A DNA stretch of 50,466 bases from Anaerolineales bacterium. GTDB lineage: Bacteria > Chloroflexota > Anaerolineae > Anaerolineales > Villigracilaceae. A program made the translations under genes and the position numbers. The notes beneath the pieces are model-generated. The model was not told where the DNA came from. It worked only from the letters and a program-made list of their open reading frames with translations, and made no database searches. The stretch lies in the NCBI GenBank assembly GCA_031389865.1, contig JANMSY010000409.1:1-50466 (forward strand), given 5' to 3'. Within the stretch, counting starts at the first letter, position 1; each line of letters opens with the position of its first letter. Shown one piece after another: positions 1 through 8,932 of the stretch.

Positions 1-89
1 TCTTTGCGAAGCAATCTCATATTTTCGAGCAATTTTCCGTCTGAGGAGTAAGATTGCTTCGTCGGGAAAGGCACCCTCCTCGCAATGAC
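1..89. repeat. Palindromic intergenic repeat of the GTCATTGCGAG...CTCGCAATGAC type (REP/RPE-like), truncated at window start
   Basis: Inverted pair cgaagcaatct (7-17) / agattgcttcg (51-61) and terminal cctcgcaatgac (78-89). The matching left end would lie before base 1. Confidence 0.65.
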
Positions 90-136
90 GGTAAAACCTG
101 TGATTTACTGAATTTATTCTCTCTTTTAGGAAAGAG

Positions 137-1669
137 CTAACTGGCGAAAAAATGGTTTAATGTCTGTTCCAGCTGAATGTATTTTTCGATCAGCGGTTTA
201 TAGATCTCATGATTTACTTTTGACGGAAGCGCAGGTTCTCCAGATAGATATGCAGTTTGTTCAGCGTGTACCGCAAGATCCGGGATCAACCCTGCCGCTT
301 TTCCAGCGATCATGGCAACGCCCCAGGCACCAAATTCGTTTCCTTGTAACCGTTGATACGGGATATTGAGAATGTCTGCCTTGATTTGATTCCAGGTTCC
401 GCTGCGCGCACCGCCACCCACCACACGAGCTTGCACCAGTTCCAGCTTAGGCAATAACTCTTTAAGGGTTTTCAAGTAATAAGCATACTCATATGCCACA
501 CTTTCCAAAATGGACCGCGCAAAGTGGGACTGTGAATGGGACCATGATACGCCCACCCACGCCCCACGCATTTCCGGACTGGAAGGACAAATGCGTCCTC
601 CCAGGTGTGGTGAAAAAAATAAGCCGTCAGATCCCGGTGCAACAGTTTCGGCCAGAGAGATCATTTTGGAATACAGTTCATCAGAACTCGGAAGAGTTTT
701 TCCATGAGAAGTGATGAAGAACTGATCACGGAACCATCGAAGGGCGAGTCCCCCACCACCAATGTAGGCAAGCGGATTCCATAATCCAGGGATGACAGAA
801 CGCATGGTAATCAATGCCCGATTCTTCGTGTCAGCTACAAATTTATCGGTGCAACCGGCGAGAACGGCGGCTGTCCCAGCGACATCAAAGAGCATTCCAG
901 CGCGTACGATTCCTGCGCCCAGAGCGTTTGCAGCCGTATCCCCCGCGCCTGCTGCAATGACGGTGCCGGGCGCCAGCCCAAATTCTTTTGTGGAGCTCTC
1001 CAAAACTTCCCCAATTACGGTGGTTGGTTCAACGATCCTGGGAAGCTTAGCCATATCCAACCCAAACTGCTCACAAAGTTCATTGGACCAGGTTGCTGTT
1101 TCGGCGTCCGAGAATCCAGAAAAATGGATATACGTCTGGTCTATGAAGGCCTGATCCGCCTTTAATCCCGCAAGCCTGCCTGCCACATAGGTGCCAGGCA
1201 TCACGAATTTTGCAGTGCGCTGGAAGACATCATTTTGTTCATTCTTCCACCAGAGCATTTTCGGCCCATGATCACAGGTGGGAGGACACCCGGTGAGTTG
1301 GGTAATTCGATCACCGGCTTCCTTATCCATCCATCCGATATAGGGCTGACAGCGCATATCCAACCAGGAGTCAAATCTGGCAACCGGATTAAAATCTTCG
1401 TCGATCAGTCCAACACCGGCCATTTGTGAATCAAAGGCGATCGCGGCAATTTCTGCTGATTCGACCCCGCTGGATTCAATGCACTTCTTAACCGTTTGCG
1501 CGGCTGATGTGTAGAAATCCTCATTTTCCTGTTCCACAACACCTGGTTTCGGATAATACAGTGGAACTTCAACCGAAGCCTCTGAAATAAGTTTTCCATC
1601 GATCTGATAAAGCGCAGCCTTCGTAGCACTCGTTCCGAGGTCCACGCCGATCAGGTATTTCTTATGCAT
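137..1669 (-). CDS. FGGY-family carbohydrate kinase (xylulokinase-like)
   Basis: N-terminal IGVDLGTSATKA, GAGD, GTA and VVGGGARS..WNQIKADIL motifs. ATG at 1669 has a GGAG RBS (ORF track starts at 1702). Confidence 0.9.
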   Translation of the reverse strand: MHKKYLIGVDLGTSATKAALYQIDGKLISEASVEVPLYYPKPGVVEQENEDFYTSAAQTVKKCIESSGVESAEIAAIAFDSQMAGVGLIDEDFNPVARFDSWLDMRCQPYIGWMDKEAGDRITQLTGCPPTCDHGPKMLWWKNEQNDVFQRTAKFVMPGTYVAGRLAGLKADQAFIDQTYIHFSGFSDAETATWSNELCEQFGLDMAKLPRIVEPTTVIGEVLESSTKEFGLAPGTVIAAGAGDTAANALGAGIVRAGMLFDVAGTAAVLAGCTDKFVADTKNRALITMRSVIPGLWNPLAYIGGGGLALRWFRDQFFITSHGKTLPSSDELYSKMISLAETVAPGSDGLFFSPHLGGRICPSSPEMRGAWVGVSWSHSQSHFARSILESVAYEYAYYLKTLKELLPKLELVQARVVGGGARSGTWNQIKADILNIPYQRLQGNEFGAWGVAMIAGKAAGLIPDLAVHAEQTAYLSGEPALPSKVNHEIYKPLIEKYIQLEQTLNHFFAS

Positions 1670-1708
1670 TGTTGTCTCCGATACGAGCCATTTGAGGAAC
1701 AAGAATCT

Positions 1709-2548
1709 TTAGGATTTGACAGCCTGGTCGGTCATATTGTCCCGTGAAATGCTCTTGGGCGCACCCGTAAAGTTTGATCCGAGCTCCACAGTTCCTGAGT
1801 CAGCTTCTCTCAATCTGAGCAGCTCAACTTCGAAGCGTGACCTGTCGCCGCGATGAAGGGCGTGATAATACTCGATAGGCTGTCCAGTTTCAGAAAAGCT
1901 AATGCTGTCGAGCATTAAGAGTGGGGACTTGGGTTCAATGCCAAGCAGTGCCGCTTCCGTGTCGTTCGCCAGGACGGCTTCAATATAACGACGGCCCTTT
2001 GCTATGAAGATACCGGCCTCTTTTTCCAAATATTCATACAGAGAACGGTTGGTCAAATCAACACTGGCAAGGGCAGGACAAAGCGCAAACGGAATGTAGG
2101 TGGTGACAAGTTGAATGGGCTCATCATTGATGAATCGCAGTCGTAGAATATCGATCACGTTCTCGCCTGATTTGATATTGAGAAATCGGGCGACCTTTTC
2201 GTTCGCAGGACTACTATTCTGGTGAAGTACTTTTGTTGTGGGTCTCAGACCGCGCTCCACCATATCCTGGTAAAAACCGGTCAGTTTTTGTACCAGACCC
2301 TCACTGATCTTTGGCGGAGAAATAAAGGTTCCCTTCCCCTTGCGGCGGCTGATTACGCCTTCAATCTCCAGTTCGCGTAAAGCCTGTCGGACCACGGTCC
2401 GGCTGATGCCGTAGAGTTCGCAAAGATCCTGTTCACCCGGGATTTGATCGCCCGGAGACCAGGCTCCTGTCTGTACCTTTTCCCTAAGGATATCCATTAA
2501 TTGAAGATAGTACGGGATGTGACTTTCAAAGTTTATCTTTTCATTCAT
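1709..2548 (-). CDS. GntR-family (HutC/UTRA) transcriptional regulator
   Basis: wHTH IPGEQDLCELYGISRTVVRQAL..L..EGVISRRKGKGTF and C-terminal UTRA (SLYEYLE, PIEY, RGDR). ATG at 2548, alternative TTG at 2557. Confidence 0.93.
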   Translation of the reverse strand: MNEKINFESHIPYYLQLMDILREKVQTGAWSPGDQIPGEQDLCELYGISRTVVRQALRELEIEGVISRRKGKGTFISPPKISEGLVQKLTGFYQDMVERGLRPTTKVLHQNSSPANEKVARFLNIKSGENVIDILRLRFINDEPIQLVTTYIPFALCPALASVDLTNRSLYEYLEKEAGIFIAKGRRYIEAVLANDTEAALLGIEPKSPLLMLDSISFSETGQPIEYYHALHRGDRSRFEVELLRLREADSGTVELGSNFTGAPKSISRDNMTDQAVKS

Positions 2549-2580
2549 GATATTCAACCCAACTGTTTCAGATGATTTGT

Positions 2581-2631
2581 TGTAATCCTGTTATTACAGC
2601 TTATTATAAAAAAAACGGGGCACCCTGTCAA
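2581..2631 (-). promoter_or_regulatory. sigma70 promoter of gntR (TTGACA-17-TATAAT) with operator TGTAAT-N6-ATTACA at 2581-2598
   Basis: Minus strand: ttgaca 2631-2626, tataat 2608-2603. Palindrome tgtaat cctgtt attaca lies just downstream. Confidence 0.85.
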
Positions 2632-2717
2632 TGGGACAATCTTAAAATTCATCAGGATCGCTTTCCTTGTCCGGGCCCGTTAACTTGACCGACGGCTGTT
2701 TATTAATCTGCAAAATC

Positions 2718-2767
2718 TTGCCATGTGTTAACAACGTGGTTATAATAAATGTCATCCTGTAATGACA
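2718..2767 (+). promoter_or_regulatory. sigma70 promoter (TTGCCA-17-TATAAT) with operator TGTCAT-N6-ATGACA at 2750-2767
   Basis: ttgcca 2718-2723, tataat 2741-2746, palindrome tgtcat cctgta atgaca. Confidence 0.85.
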
Positions 2768-2894
2768 AGTGCTTCTCTTTTTGCGCTTTCACTGGAGATC
2801 GTCATCTATATTTGTTGTACTTGCCACCAAAAGTGAGTACAAATAGACACAGACATACAAAAATTTTCACTAATCAAACATCAGGAGGCTCAAA

Positions 2895-3758
2895 ATGAAG
2901 GTCGGAATAGATAGCTATTGTTACCATCGGTTTTTTGGTGATGTATACCCGGATCAAAAACCACCAGCCAAGAGAATGACAATGCAGGACTTTCTAAAAC
3001 GTGCCAAAGAACTAAAGGTAGATGGGGTTTCACTGGAATCTTGTTTCTTTCCCCCCAATGTTGGCCAGCCATGGTTCAAAGAGCTGAAAGCTCAATTGGA
3101 TGAGTATAAGTTCGACCGGGTCTATGCCTGGGGACATCCCGATGGTCTCGAACGGGGTCAGAACTGGACCGCCTATGAAGAGATGATCGCAGGAATTCCT
3201 AACGCAAAGGCGATCGGGGCGGATGTGATGCGCGTAGTGGGAAGCAGTTTGATGTTCCGGCATGAACCGCATGGTCCCCAGATCAAAGCCCTCGTCAAAA
3301 TGTTCAAAAAAGCAGTAAAGGTTGCCAAGGATTACGACGTAAAACTCGCCGTGGAAAATCACATCGATTTCACTTCGGATGAGATCCTGCAGCTGTTGAA
3401 TGAAGTTAACTCTGAGTACTTCGGCTTAAACTTTGATACAGGCAACTTCCTGCGCCTTCTGGACGACCCCATAAAAGGCATGGAAAAACTCGCTCCCTAT
3501 GTTCTAGCGACCCATGTCAAAGACCTGATGCCAGACCGGAATGCCCGACCCACCGATTGGTATTTCTTTGCAGGTGTTCCCGTTGGCAAGGGCTTGATCG
3601 ATAACCAGGCATTAGCCCAATTGCTTCACAAAGCCAACTTCAAAGGTTTCCTCGCTGTTGAGATCGATCATCCGCATACCGATTGGACCGAACGCGAGGA
3701 TGAAGCAGTGGCCTTGAGCGTAAAAGCATTAAAGAAGATTGCCGGAGCACTGAATTAA
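2895..3758 (+). CDS. Sugar phosphate isomerase/epimerase, xylose-isomerase-like TIM barrel (AP_endonuc_2)
   Basis: Metal-ligand motifs LAVENH, NFDTGN, THVKD, LAVEID. RBS aggagg. Confidence 0.85.
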   Translation: MKVGIDSYCYHRFFGDVYPDQKPPAKRMTMQDFLKRAKELKVDGVSLESCFFPPNVGQPWFKELKAQLDEYKFDRVYAWGHPDGLERGQNWTAYEEMIAGIPNAKAIGADVMRVVGSSLMFRHEPHGPQIKALVKMFKKAVKVAKDYDVKLAVENHIDFTSDEILQLLNEVNSEYFGLNFDTGNFLRLLDDPIKGMEKLAPYVLATHVKDLMPDRNARPTDWYFFAGVPVGKGLIDNQALAQLLHKANFKGFLAVEIDHPHTDWTEREDEAVALSVKALKKIAGALN

Positions 3759-3821
3759 TTGCATTTGCACTCTGAACACCGCAGATAAGGTGTTCGAGAG
3801 TCAGCATAAGGAGAGGATCCA

Positions 3822-4985
3822 TTGAAAAAAGTTAACGTCGCAATTATTGGAACCAAGTTCATGGGCAAGGCACATAGCAACGCCTGGACGTCGGCTCCAA
3901 AATTCTTCAGTGTTGGTTTGGCTCCAGTGTTGAAAGTCGCATGTGGTCAGGATGAAAAAGGAACACGTGACTTTGCGAAAAACTGGGGTTGGGAAGAATC
4001 GGTGAGTGATTGGAAAAAAGTGGTGGAGCGTCCGGACATCGATATCATTGATATTTGCACTCCAACGTACCTGCACAAAGAAATCGTACTTGCCGCTGCG
4101 AAGAATGGCAAGCAGATTTTTTGCGAAAAACCGGTCGCTCTCAACTATGCCGAAGCCAGGGAAATGTATGAAGCCGCTGAAAAGGCTGGTGTTCTGCATT
4201 ACCTGAATCACAACTATCGCCGCACTCCAGCCATTACGTTCGCCAAACAATTGATCGATGAGGGAAAGATCGGTCAGATCTTCCACTGGCGCGGAACCTA
4301 CCTGCAGGATTGGATTACGGATCCGAACTTCCCCCTGACCTGGCACCTGCAACAGAAGTTTGCGGGAGCCGGTCCCCATTATGATCTGAATTCTCATAGT
4401 GTGGATCTGGCGCGTTATCTGATCGGCGAAGTGCAATCTGTTTCTGCGATGCTAAAGACATTCGTAACAGAGCGACCACTGCCCGGAAAGGATGCCGGAA
4501 CCTTCAAATCTGGTACCGGAGCTTCGGAAATGGGAAAGGTGACCGTTGACGATGCAGCATTCATGCTGGCTGAATTTGAAAACGGTGCCCTTGGCTCATT
4601 TGAGTCAAGTCGATTTGCGAGTGGGCGAAAGAATTACAACTACTTCGAAATATACGGAAGTAAAGGCAGCCTGACGTTTAATCTTGAGCGCATGAATGAG
4701 CTTCAATACTTAAACCTGGCTGACCCGGCGGATGAACAGGGATTTAGAACGATTTTGGTTACAAATTCAACCCATCCGTATATTGGAGGCTGGTGGCCGC
4801 CCGGCCACGTCATTGGTTATGAACACGAATTCACCCATGCGGTGGTGGATTTCTTGACCGCCATGGAAAAAGGCACCAAGATTACGCCCAATCTATATGA
4901 TGGCATGAAGGATATGCAGGTTCTCGAAGCGGCAATACTCTCGTCCAGTACAGGCCGAAAAGTCACCGTTTCCGACGTCAAGTAA
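3822..4985 (+). CDS. Gfo/Idh/MocA-family NAD(P) oxidoreductase (resembles the levoglucosan-dehydrogenase-like subgroup)
   Basis: IIGTKFMGKAHS, CEKP, NYRRTPA, GTYLQDW, HSVDLARYL. TTG start with RBS. Confidence 0.9.
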   Translation: MKKVNVAIIGTKFMGKAHSNAWTSAPKFFSVGLAPVLKVACGQDEKGTRDFAKNWGWEESVSDWKKVVERPDIDIIDICTPTYLHKEIVLAAAKNGKQIFCEKPVALNYAEAREMYEAAEKAGVLHYLNHNYRRTPAITFAKQLIDEGKIGQIFHWRGTYLQDWITDPNFPLTWHLQQKFAGAGPHYDLNSHSVDLARYLIGEVQSVSAMLKTFVTERPLPGKDAGTFKSGTGASEMGKVTVDDAAFMLAEFENGALGSFESSRFASGRKNYNYFEIYGSKGSLTFNLERMNELQYLNLADPADEQGFRTILVTNSTHPYIGGWWPPGHVIGYEHEFTHAVVDFLTAMEKGTKITPNLYDGMKDMQVLEAAILSSSTGRKVTVSDVK

Positions 4986-5027
4986 AGTTTGAACCTGGCG
5001 CTGTTCGTAGATTGATAGTTGAAACTG

Positions 5028-5062
5028 AAGGGACGGGAACTGTTGCATCCCGTTCCTTTTTT
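5028..5062 (+). terminator. Intrinsic terminator
   Basis: Stem aagggacggga / tcccgttcctt followed by a T run. Confidence 0.7.
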
Positions 5063-5103
5063 AAATCAATCATTGTAATCATTGATAACGACTGGAGAAA
5101 ATC

Positions 5104-6435
5104 ATGAAAGCGAAACTTGTCCCGGTTTACTTTAAAACCGCAGAGGATCCGGATTTTGCTGCTCAACTGCGAAAATTACATGAGCTGCTTGCAGACGAAG
5201 CCGAAATCTTGGAGCCCGTACTCTTGGGAACAAATCTGCCTGAAACCGATGGTGTCATCTTCCCACAAATGCTGGGAGAAGCCTATCGGGAAGTGGATAA
5301 GATCCAAAAACTAGCACAGCCGCTTATGATCGTTACCTCTGAATTCGGCACCGTCTCCATGTGGGACTGGGAAATAAACAGCTATCTGACCGCCAAGGGC
5401 ATTAAAGTGATCGGTCCAACAAGCCTCGAACATACGAAAAAGGTTTGCCGTGCCTTCGCATTGAAGCGACAATTGAAGCGATCCAAGCTTTTGGTATTTC
5501 AGGATAATCCTGCCAGTGGCGGGGGAAATCAGGATGAAATTTTTAAACGATTCTATTGGTGGGAACCGGAATGCATTAGAGCGATTGAGGAAAAATATGG
5601 CGTTCGTGTTATCAAGAGAAGTTTCAAAAAATTGGCAGAAGACGCGAGAGCTATTTCAGACGAATCTGCTGAGAAGGTCTGGGAGCAAAGGAAATTGAAT
5701 GTACCTGTTGGCAATATCACCAATCGGGCGATTTTAAGTGCTGTGAAAACGTATATGGCAGTCAAAAAAGAACTGGATCTGGATCCAGATATCATTGCCG
5801 TTGGCATAAATTGTTTGAATGAGTCAATGTTCTCTGAAACAACTCCCTGCCTGGCCTGGAATCTACTCTATGAAGATCAGCGTATGGTCTGGGGCTGCGA
5901 GGCTGACCTGGTTTCCATGCTGACCAAGGTTCTCATTAGCAAAACTCTCGAAGTGCCCTTCATGATGACCAACCTATATCCGTTCCAGATGGGGAATGCA
6001 GCATTAAAGCATGAGCATATTCCAAGTTTCCCCGAAGTGGAGGGTGCCCCGGAAAATTACATACTTGCGGCACATTGCGGTTATTTAGGTGTGGTTCCGC
6101 AGTCTTTTTCAACGGAATGGAAATTGAAGGAGAAAGTACTCGCAATTGTCGATGATAACGCGACAGCCATCGATGCCCGGCTACCGGAGGGGGATATCAC
6201 CCTCGTTAAACTTATGCCGCCCTTTGATCGCTGGTCGATCGTGGAAGGTGAACTGACAAAATATGCGCAGTTCGCGAATTCACATTGCTTAAATGGGGCG
6301 GTGATCCATGTCCCGAACGGAAATAAACTAATCAATGACCTCGTTTCACATCATTACATTATCACTACGGGCCACAATTTGAACGAGCTGGAGATGGTCT
6401 CAAAAGTATTCGATCTGGATTGCATCGCGAATTAG
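5104..6435 (+). CDS. L-fucose/L-arabinose isomerase-like protein
   Basis: INCL..PCLAW, WGCEAD, AHCG and C-terminal HHYII..GH motifs typical of the FucI/AraA superfamily. RBS ggag. Confidence 0.6.
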   Translation: MKAKLVPVYFKTAEDPDFAAQLRKLHELLADEAEILEPVLLGTNLPETDGVIFPQMLGEAYREVDKIQKLAQPLMIVTSEFGTVSMWDWEINSYLTAKGIKVIGPTSLEHTKKVCRAFALKRQLKRSKLLVFQDNPASGGGNQDEIFKRFYWWEPECIRAIEEKYGVRVIKRSFKKLAEDARAISDESAEKVWEQRKLNVPVGNITNRAILSAVKTYMAVKKELDLDPDIIAVGINCLNESMFSETTPCLAWNLLYEDQRMVWGCEADLVSMLTKVLISKTLEVPFMMTNLYPFQMGNAALKHEHIPSFPEVEGAPENYILAAHCGYLGVVPQSFSTEWKLKEKVLAIVDDNATAIDARLPEGDITLVKLMPPFDRWSIVEGELTKYAQFANSHCLNGAVIHVPNGNKLINDLVSHHYIITTGHNLNELEMVSKVFDLDCIAN

Positions 6436-6481
6436 GCAAAATAGCGGTTGGAAGGCGTTTATTTACTACGATTTAAGTGAA

Positions 6482-6506
6482 ACATATAACCAAATAAGTT
6501 ATATGT
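6482..6506. promoter_or_regulatory. 25-bp palindrome ACATATAAC-N7-GTTATATGT, candidate regulator site upstream of the ROK gene promoter
   Basis: Perfect 9-bp inverted repeat. It overlaps a second one, tgtaaa-N7-tttaca (6504-6522). Confidence 0.55.
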
Positions 6507-6529
6507 AAATATAATTTTTACAAAACATA

Positions 6530-6577
6530 TTGACAGGTTTAATTAAATGCTTATAATGATGTAATCATGTAATTACT
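6530..6577 (+). promoter_or_regulatory. sigma70 promoter (TTGACA-16-TATAAT) with operator TGTAAT-N6-ATTACT at 6560-6577
   Basis: ttgaca 6530-6535, tataat 6552-6557, then tgtaat catgta attact. Confidence 0.85.
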
Positions 6578-6729
6578 TGTTGGTTAGAAAGTGGTTTATT
6601 GGTGTAAAAGCGTGCTTTGAAGGGTGATGATATGTCACCAGTCATGGATCCACATTATTGGTTGCCTGGTATTCTTTTTCATAACATCGTTGCTGATTTT
6701 CGACTCAAGAAAAGAGAGCCATAACTGTA

Positions 6730-8046
6730 ATGGGAACCATACGAGAAGTAATGCCTAGGAAGCTAAAAACAATTACCTCACTGGATATGCCAGTGTGGCT
6801 CTACCAGGCTACCTTCTTACCACACCGGGATTTTATTACTTCATCAGAGAAGGAACTGATCGATCTGGTTCGCAAGTATGGGGGATTTACAAAAGCGGAT
6901 CTGGTTACTTATACAGATTTTTCCCGAACTAAGATCACAAGCTGTATCGACTCCCTCCTCAAAAAAGAGATCCTGGTTACAAATAAAGACACCGAATATT
7001 CGGGCGGTCGACGCTCAAAGATGTTTGGTTTAAATGGGAAACTTGGACTGGTTGCAGGCGTTGATATTGGTGCCACCAGTATTGATCTCTGCATAGCGGA
7101 TTTTTCCGGCAAGCTTCTTGTACGCAGTGTTGAAGCAGCTTCGGTCAAGGATGGACCCATAAAGATATTGGGACGGGCGTGTTCCCTGCTTGAGAAGATG
7201 CTCAAGGAAAACAACTTGAGTCCCGAGAAAATAAAAGGTATTGGGATTGGCGTTCCTGGTCCGGTGGACTTTTCGGTGGGAACATTGGTATCGCCGCCAA
7301 TCATGCCAGGGTGGGATTGTTATCCGATCATCCAGACCGTGCAACAGTGGTTCCCATCTGCCAATGTTGTTGTTGATAACGATGTCAATGTGATGGCTTT
7401 AGGTGAGATGAATCAGGGTGCCGGCAGAGGAGTCGACAACCTGATTTTTATTAAGATAGGGACTGGCATCGGTGCCGGGATCATTTGTGAGGGAAAGATC
7501 TATCGAGGATCCAGCGGCTGTGCGGGGGACATTGGACACATTGGAGTAAATAAATCCGGTCCATCGTGTCATTGCGGTAATAAGGGCTGCCTTGAAACGG
7601 TTGCCGCAGGACCAGCAATTGCCGAACGAGCGTTAATGGCAGCGCAGGCTGGCCAGAGTCCGATCTTACTGAAATATTATGAAACAAATGGATGGGTCCT
7701 GCGCGCTGAAGACGTTGGAAATGCTGCAAAAGAGGGAGATGCGATCGCAATAGAAGTAATTCGTGAGAGCGGGCAATTTGTCGGAGATGTACTTGCTGGT
7801 CTGGTGAATTTTTACAATCCCCAGATGATCGTGATCGGCGGCGGGGTCAGTAACCTTGGCAACCTGCTGCTTTCCTCCATTCGACAAACTGTCCTAAAGC
7901 GTTCTACATCATTGGCCACTCGCGATCTCCACATTGTTTTTTCAGAGATCGGATCTGACGCAGGCGTGATCGGAGCAGTAAATCTTGCCATGGATTATAT
8001 GTTTAGTCTGTCGGCGGTTGGTACTGATCCAAACGAAGAAGGATGA
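6730..8046 (+). CDS. ROK-family transcriptional regulator (NagC/XylR type)
   Basis: N-terminal HTH, GGRR linker, GVDIG, GIGVPGPVD, DNDVN, GTGIGAG, GDIGH and CHCGNKGCLE Zn motif. Exact start uncertain. Confidence 0.92.
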   Translation: MGTIREVMPRKLKTITSLDMPVWLYQATFLPHRDFITSSEKELIDLVRKYGGFTKADLVTYTDFSRTKITSCIDSLLKKEILVTNKDTEYSGGRRSKMFGLNGKLGLVAGVDIGATSIDLCIADFSGKLLVRSVEAASVKDGPIKILGRACSLLEKMLKENNLSPEKIKGIGIGVPGPVDFSVGTLVSPPIMPGWDCYPIIQTVQQWFPSANVVVDNDVNVMALGEMNQGAGRGVDNLIFIKIGTGIGAGIICEGKIYRGSSGCAGDIGHIGVNKSGPSCHCGNKGCLETVAAGPAIAERALMAAQAGQSPILLKYYETNGWVLRAEDVGNAAKEGDAIAIEVIRESGQFVGDVLAGLVNFYNPQMIVIGGGVSNLGNLLLSSIRQTVLKRSTSLATRDLHIVFSEIGSDAGVIGAVNLAMDYMFSLSAVGTDPNEEG

Positions 8047-8056
8047 GGAGTACTGA

Positions 8057-8905
8057 ATGAAATTTGGAGTCAATACATTTGTTTGGGTTTCACCCTGTAC
8101 AACGCAAGCCGTGAAAGATCTTGCACCAAAAGTGAAGTCAATGGGTTTTGATATCCTTGAGGTCTCTATTGAAAACCCCGATCTTATCGACGGGAAAGCG
8201 GTAAAGGAAATCCTGAAGGAAAATCAACTGGAAGGAATCGTGTGCGGGGCGTTTGGTCCGAATCGAAACATCTGCAGTTCTGATCCAAAAATCCGTGAGA
8301 ACGCTCAGGCGTATATTCTTTGGTTGATCGATGCTGCCGCTCAACTTGATTCCAGGACGATTTGTGGCCCCATGTACTCTTCTGTTGGCAAGGATCATCT
8401 TGAAGATCCAAACGAACGCCAGGAGGAATGGCAACGGGCTGTATCCGGTATCAAAGAGATGGCGGTGTACGGAGCGAAGAAAGGCGTCAAGCTCGCCATG
8501 GAACCACTCAACCGGTTTGAAACGGACATGATCAACGTCGTTTCTCAAGGATTGAAGTTTATTGAAGAAACCGGCATGGAAAATGTTGGCCTTCATCTCG
8601 ACACATTTCATATGCACCTGGAGGAAAAAGACAGCGCAGAAGCCATTCGAAAAGCAGACAAAAAAATCTACCATTTCCACGCCTGTGAAAATGACCGGGG
8701 CGTACCCGGAACAGGCCAGGTTCGGTGGAATGAAATTGCAACGGCGTTGAAGGATATCAACTATCAAGGTCCGGTCGTCATTGAATCTTTCACAAACCAG
8801 GTGAAGGAAATCGCCCGAGCCGTATGCATCTGGCGCGAGATCGCACCCAGCCAGGATGCGATTGCCGTGCAAGGATTGAAGTTCCTGAAACCCCTATTGG
8901 TATGA
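8057..8905 (+). CDS. D-tagatose/D-psicose 3-epimerase family ketose epimerase
   Basis: EPLNRFE, HLDTFHMHLEE, HACENDRGVPGTG, VIESF and IWR motifs. Confidence 0.85.
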   Translation: MKFGVNTFVWVSPCTTQAVKDLAPKVKSMGFDILEVSIENPDLIDGKAVKEILKENQLEGIVCGAFGPNRNICSSDPKIRENAQAYILWLIDAAAQLDSRTICGPMYSSVGKDHLEDPNERQEEWQRAVSGIKEMAVYGAKKGVKLAMEPLNRFETDMINVVSQGLKFIEETGMENVGLHLDTFHMHLEEKDSAEAIRKADKKIYHFHACENDRGVPGTGQVRWNEIATALKDINYQGPVVIESFTNQVKEIARAVCIWREIAPSQDAIAVQGLKFLKPLLV

Positions 8906-8932
8906 CGGGCACCTTGAAGACATGAGGTAATT

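Noticed and set aside
5074-5091. Fourth GntR operator (tgtaatcattgataacga)
   Set aside because: Only the left half-site matches and there is no adjacent consensus promoter.
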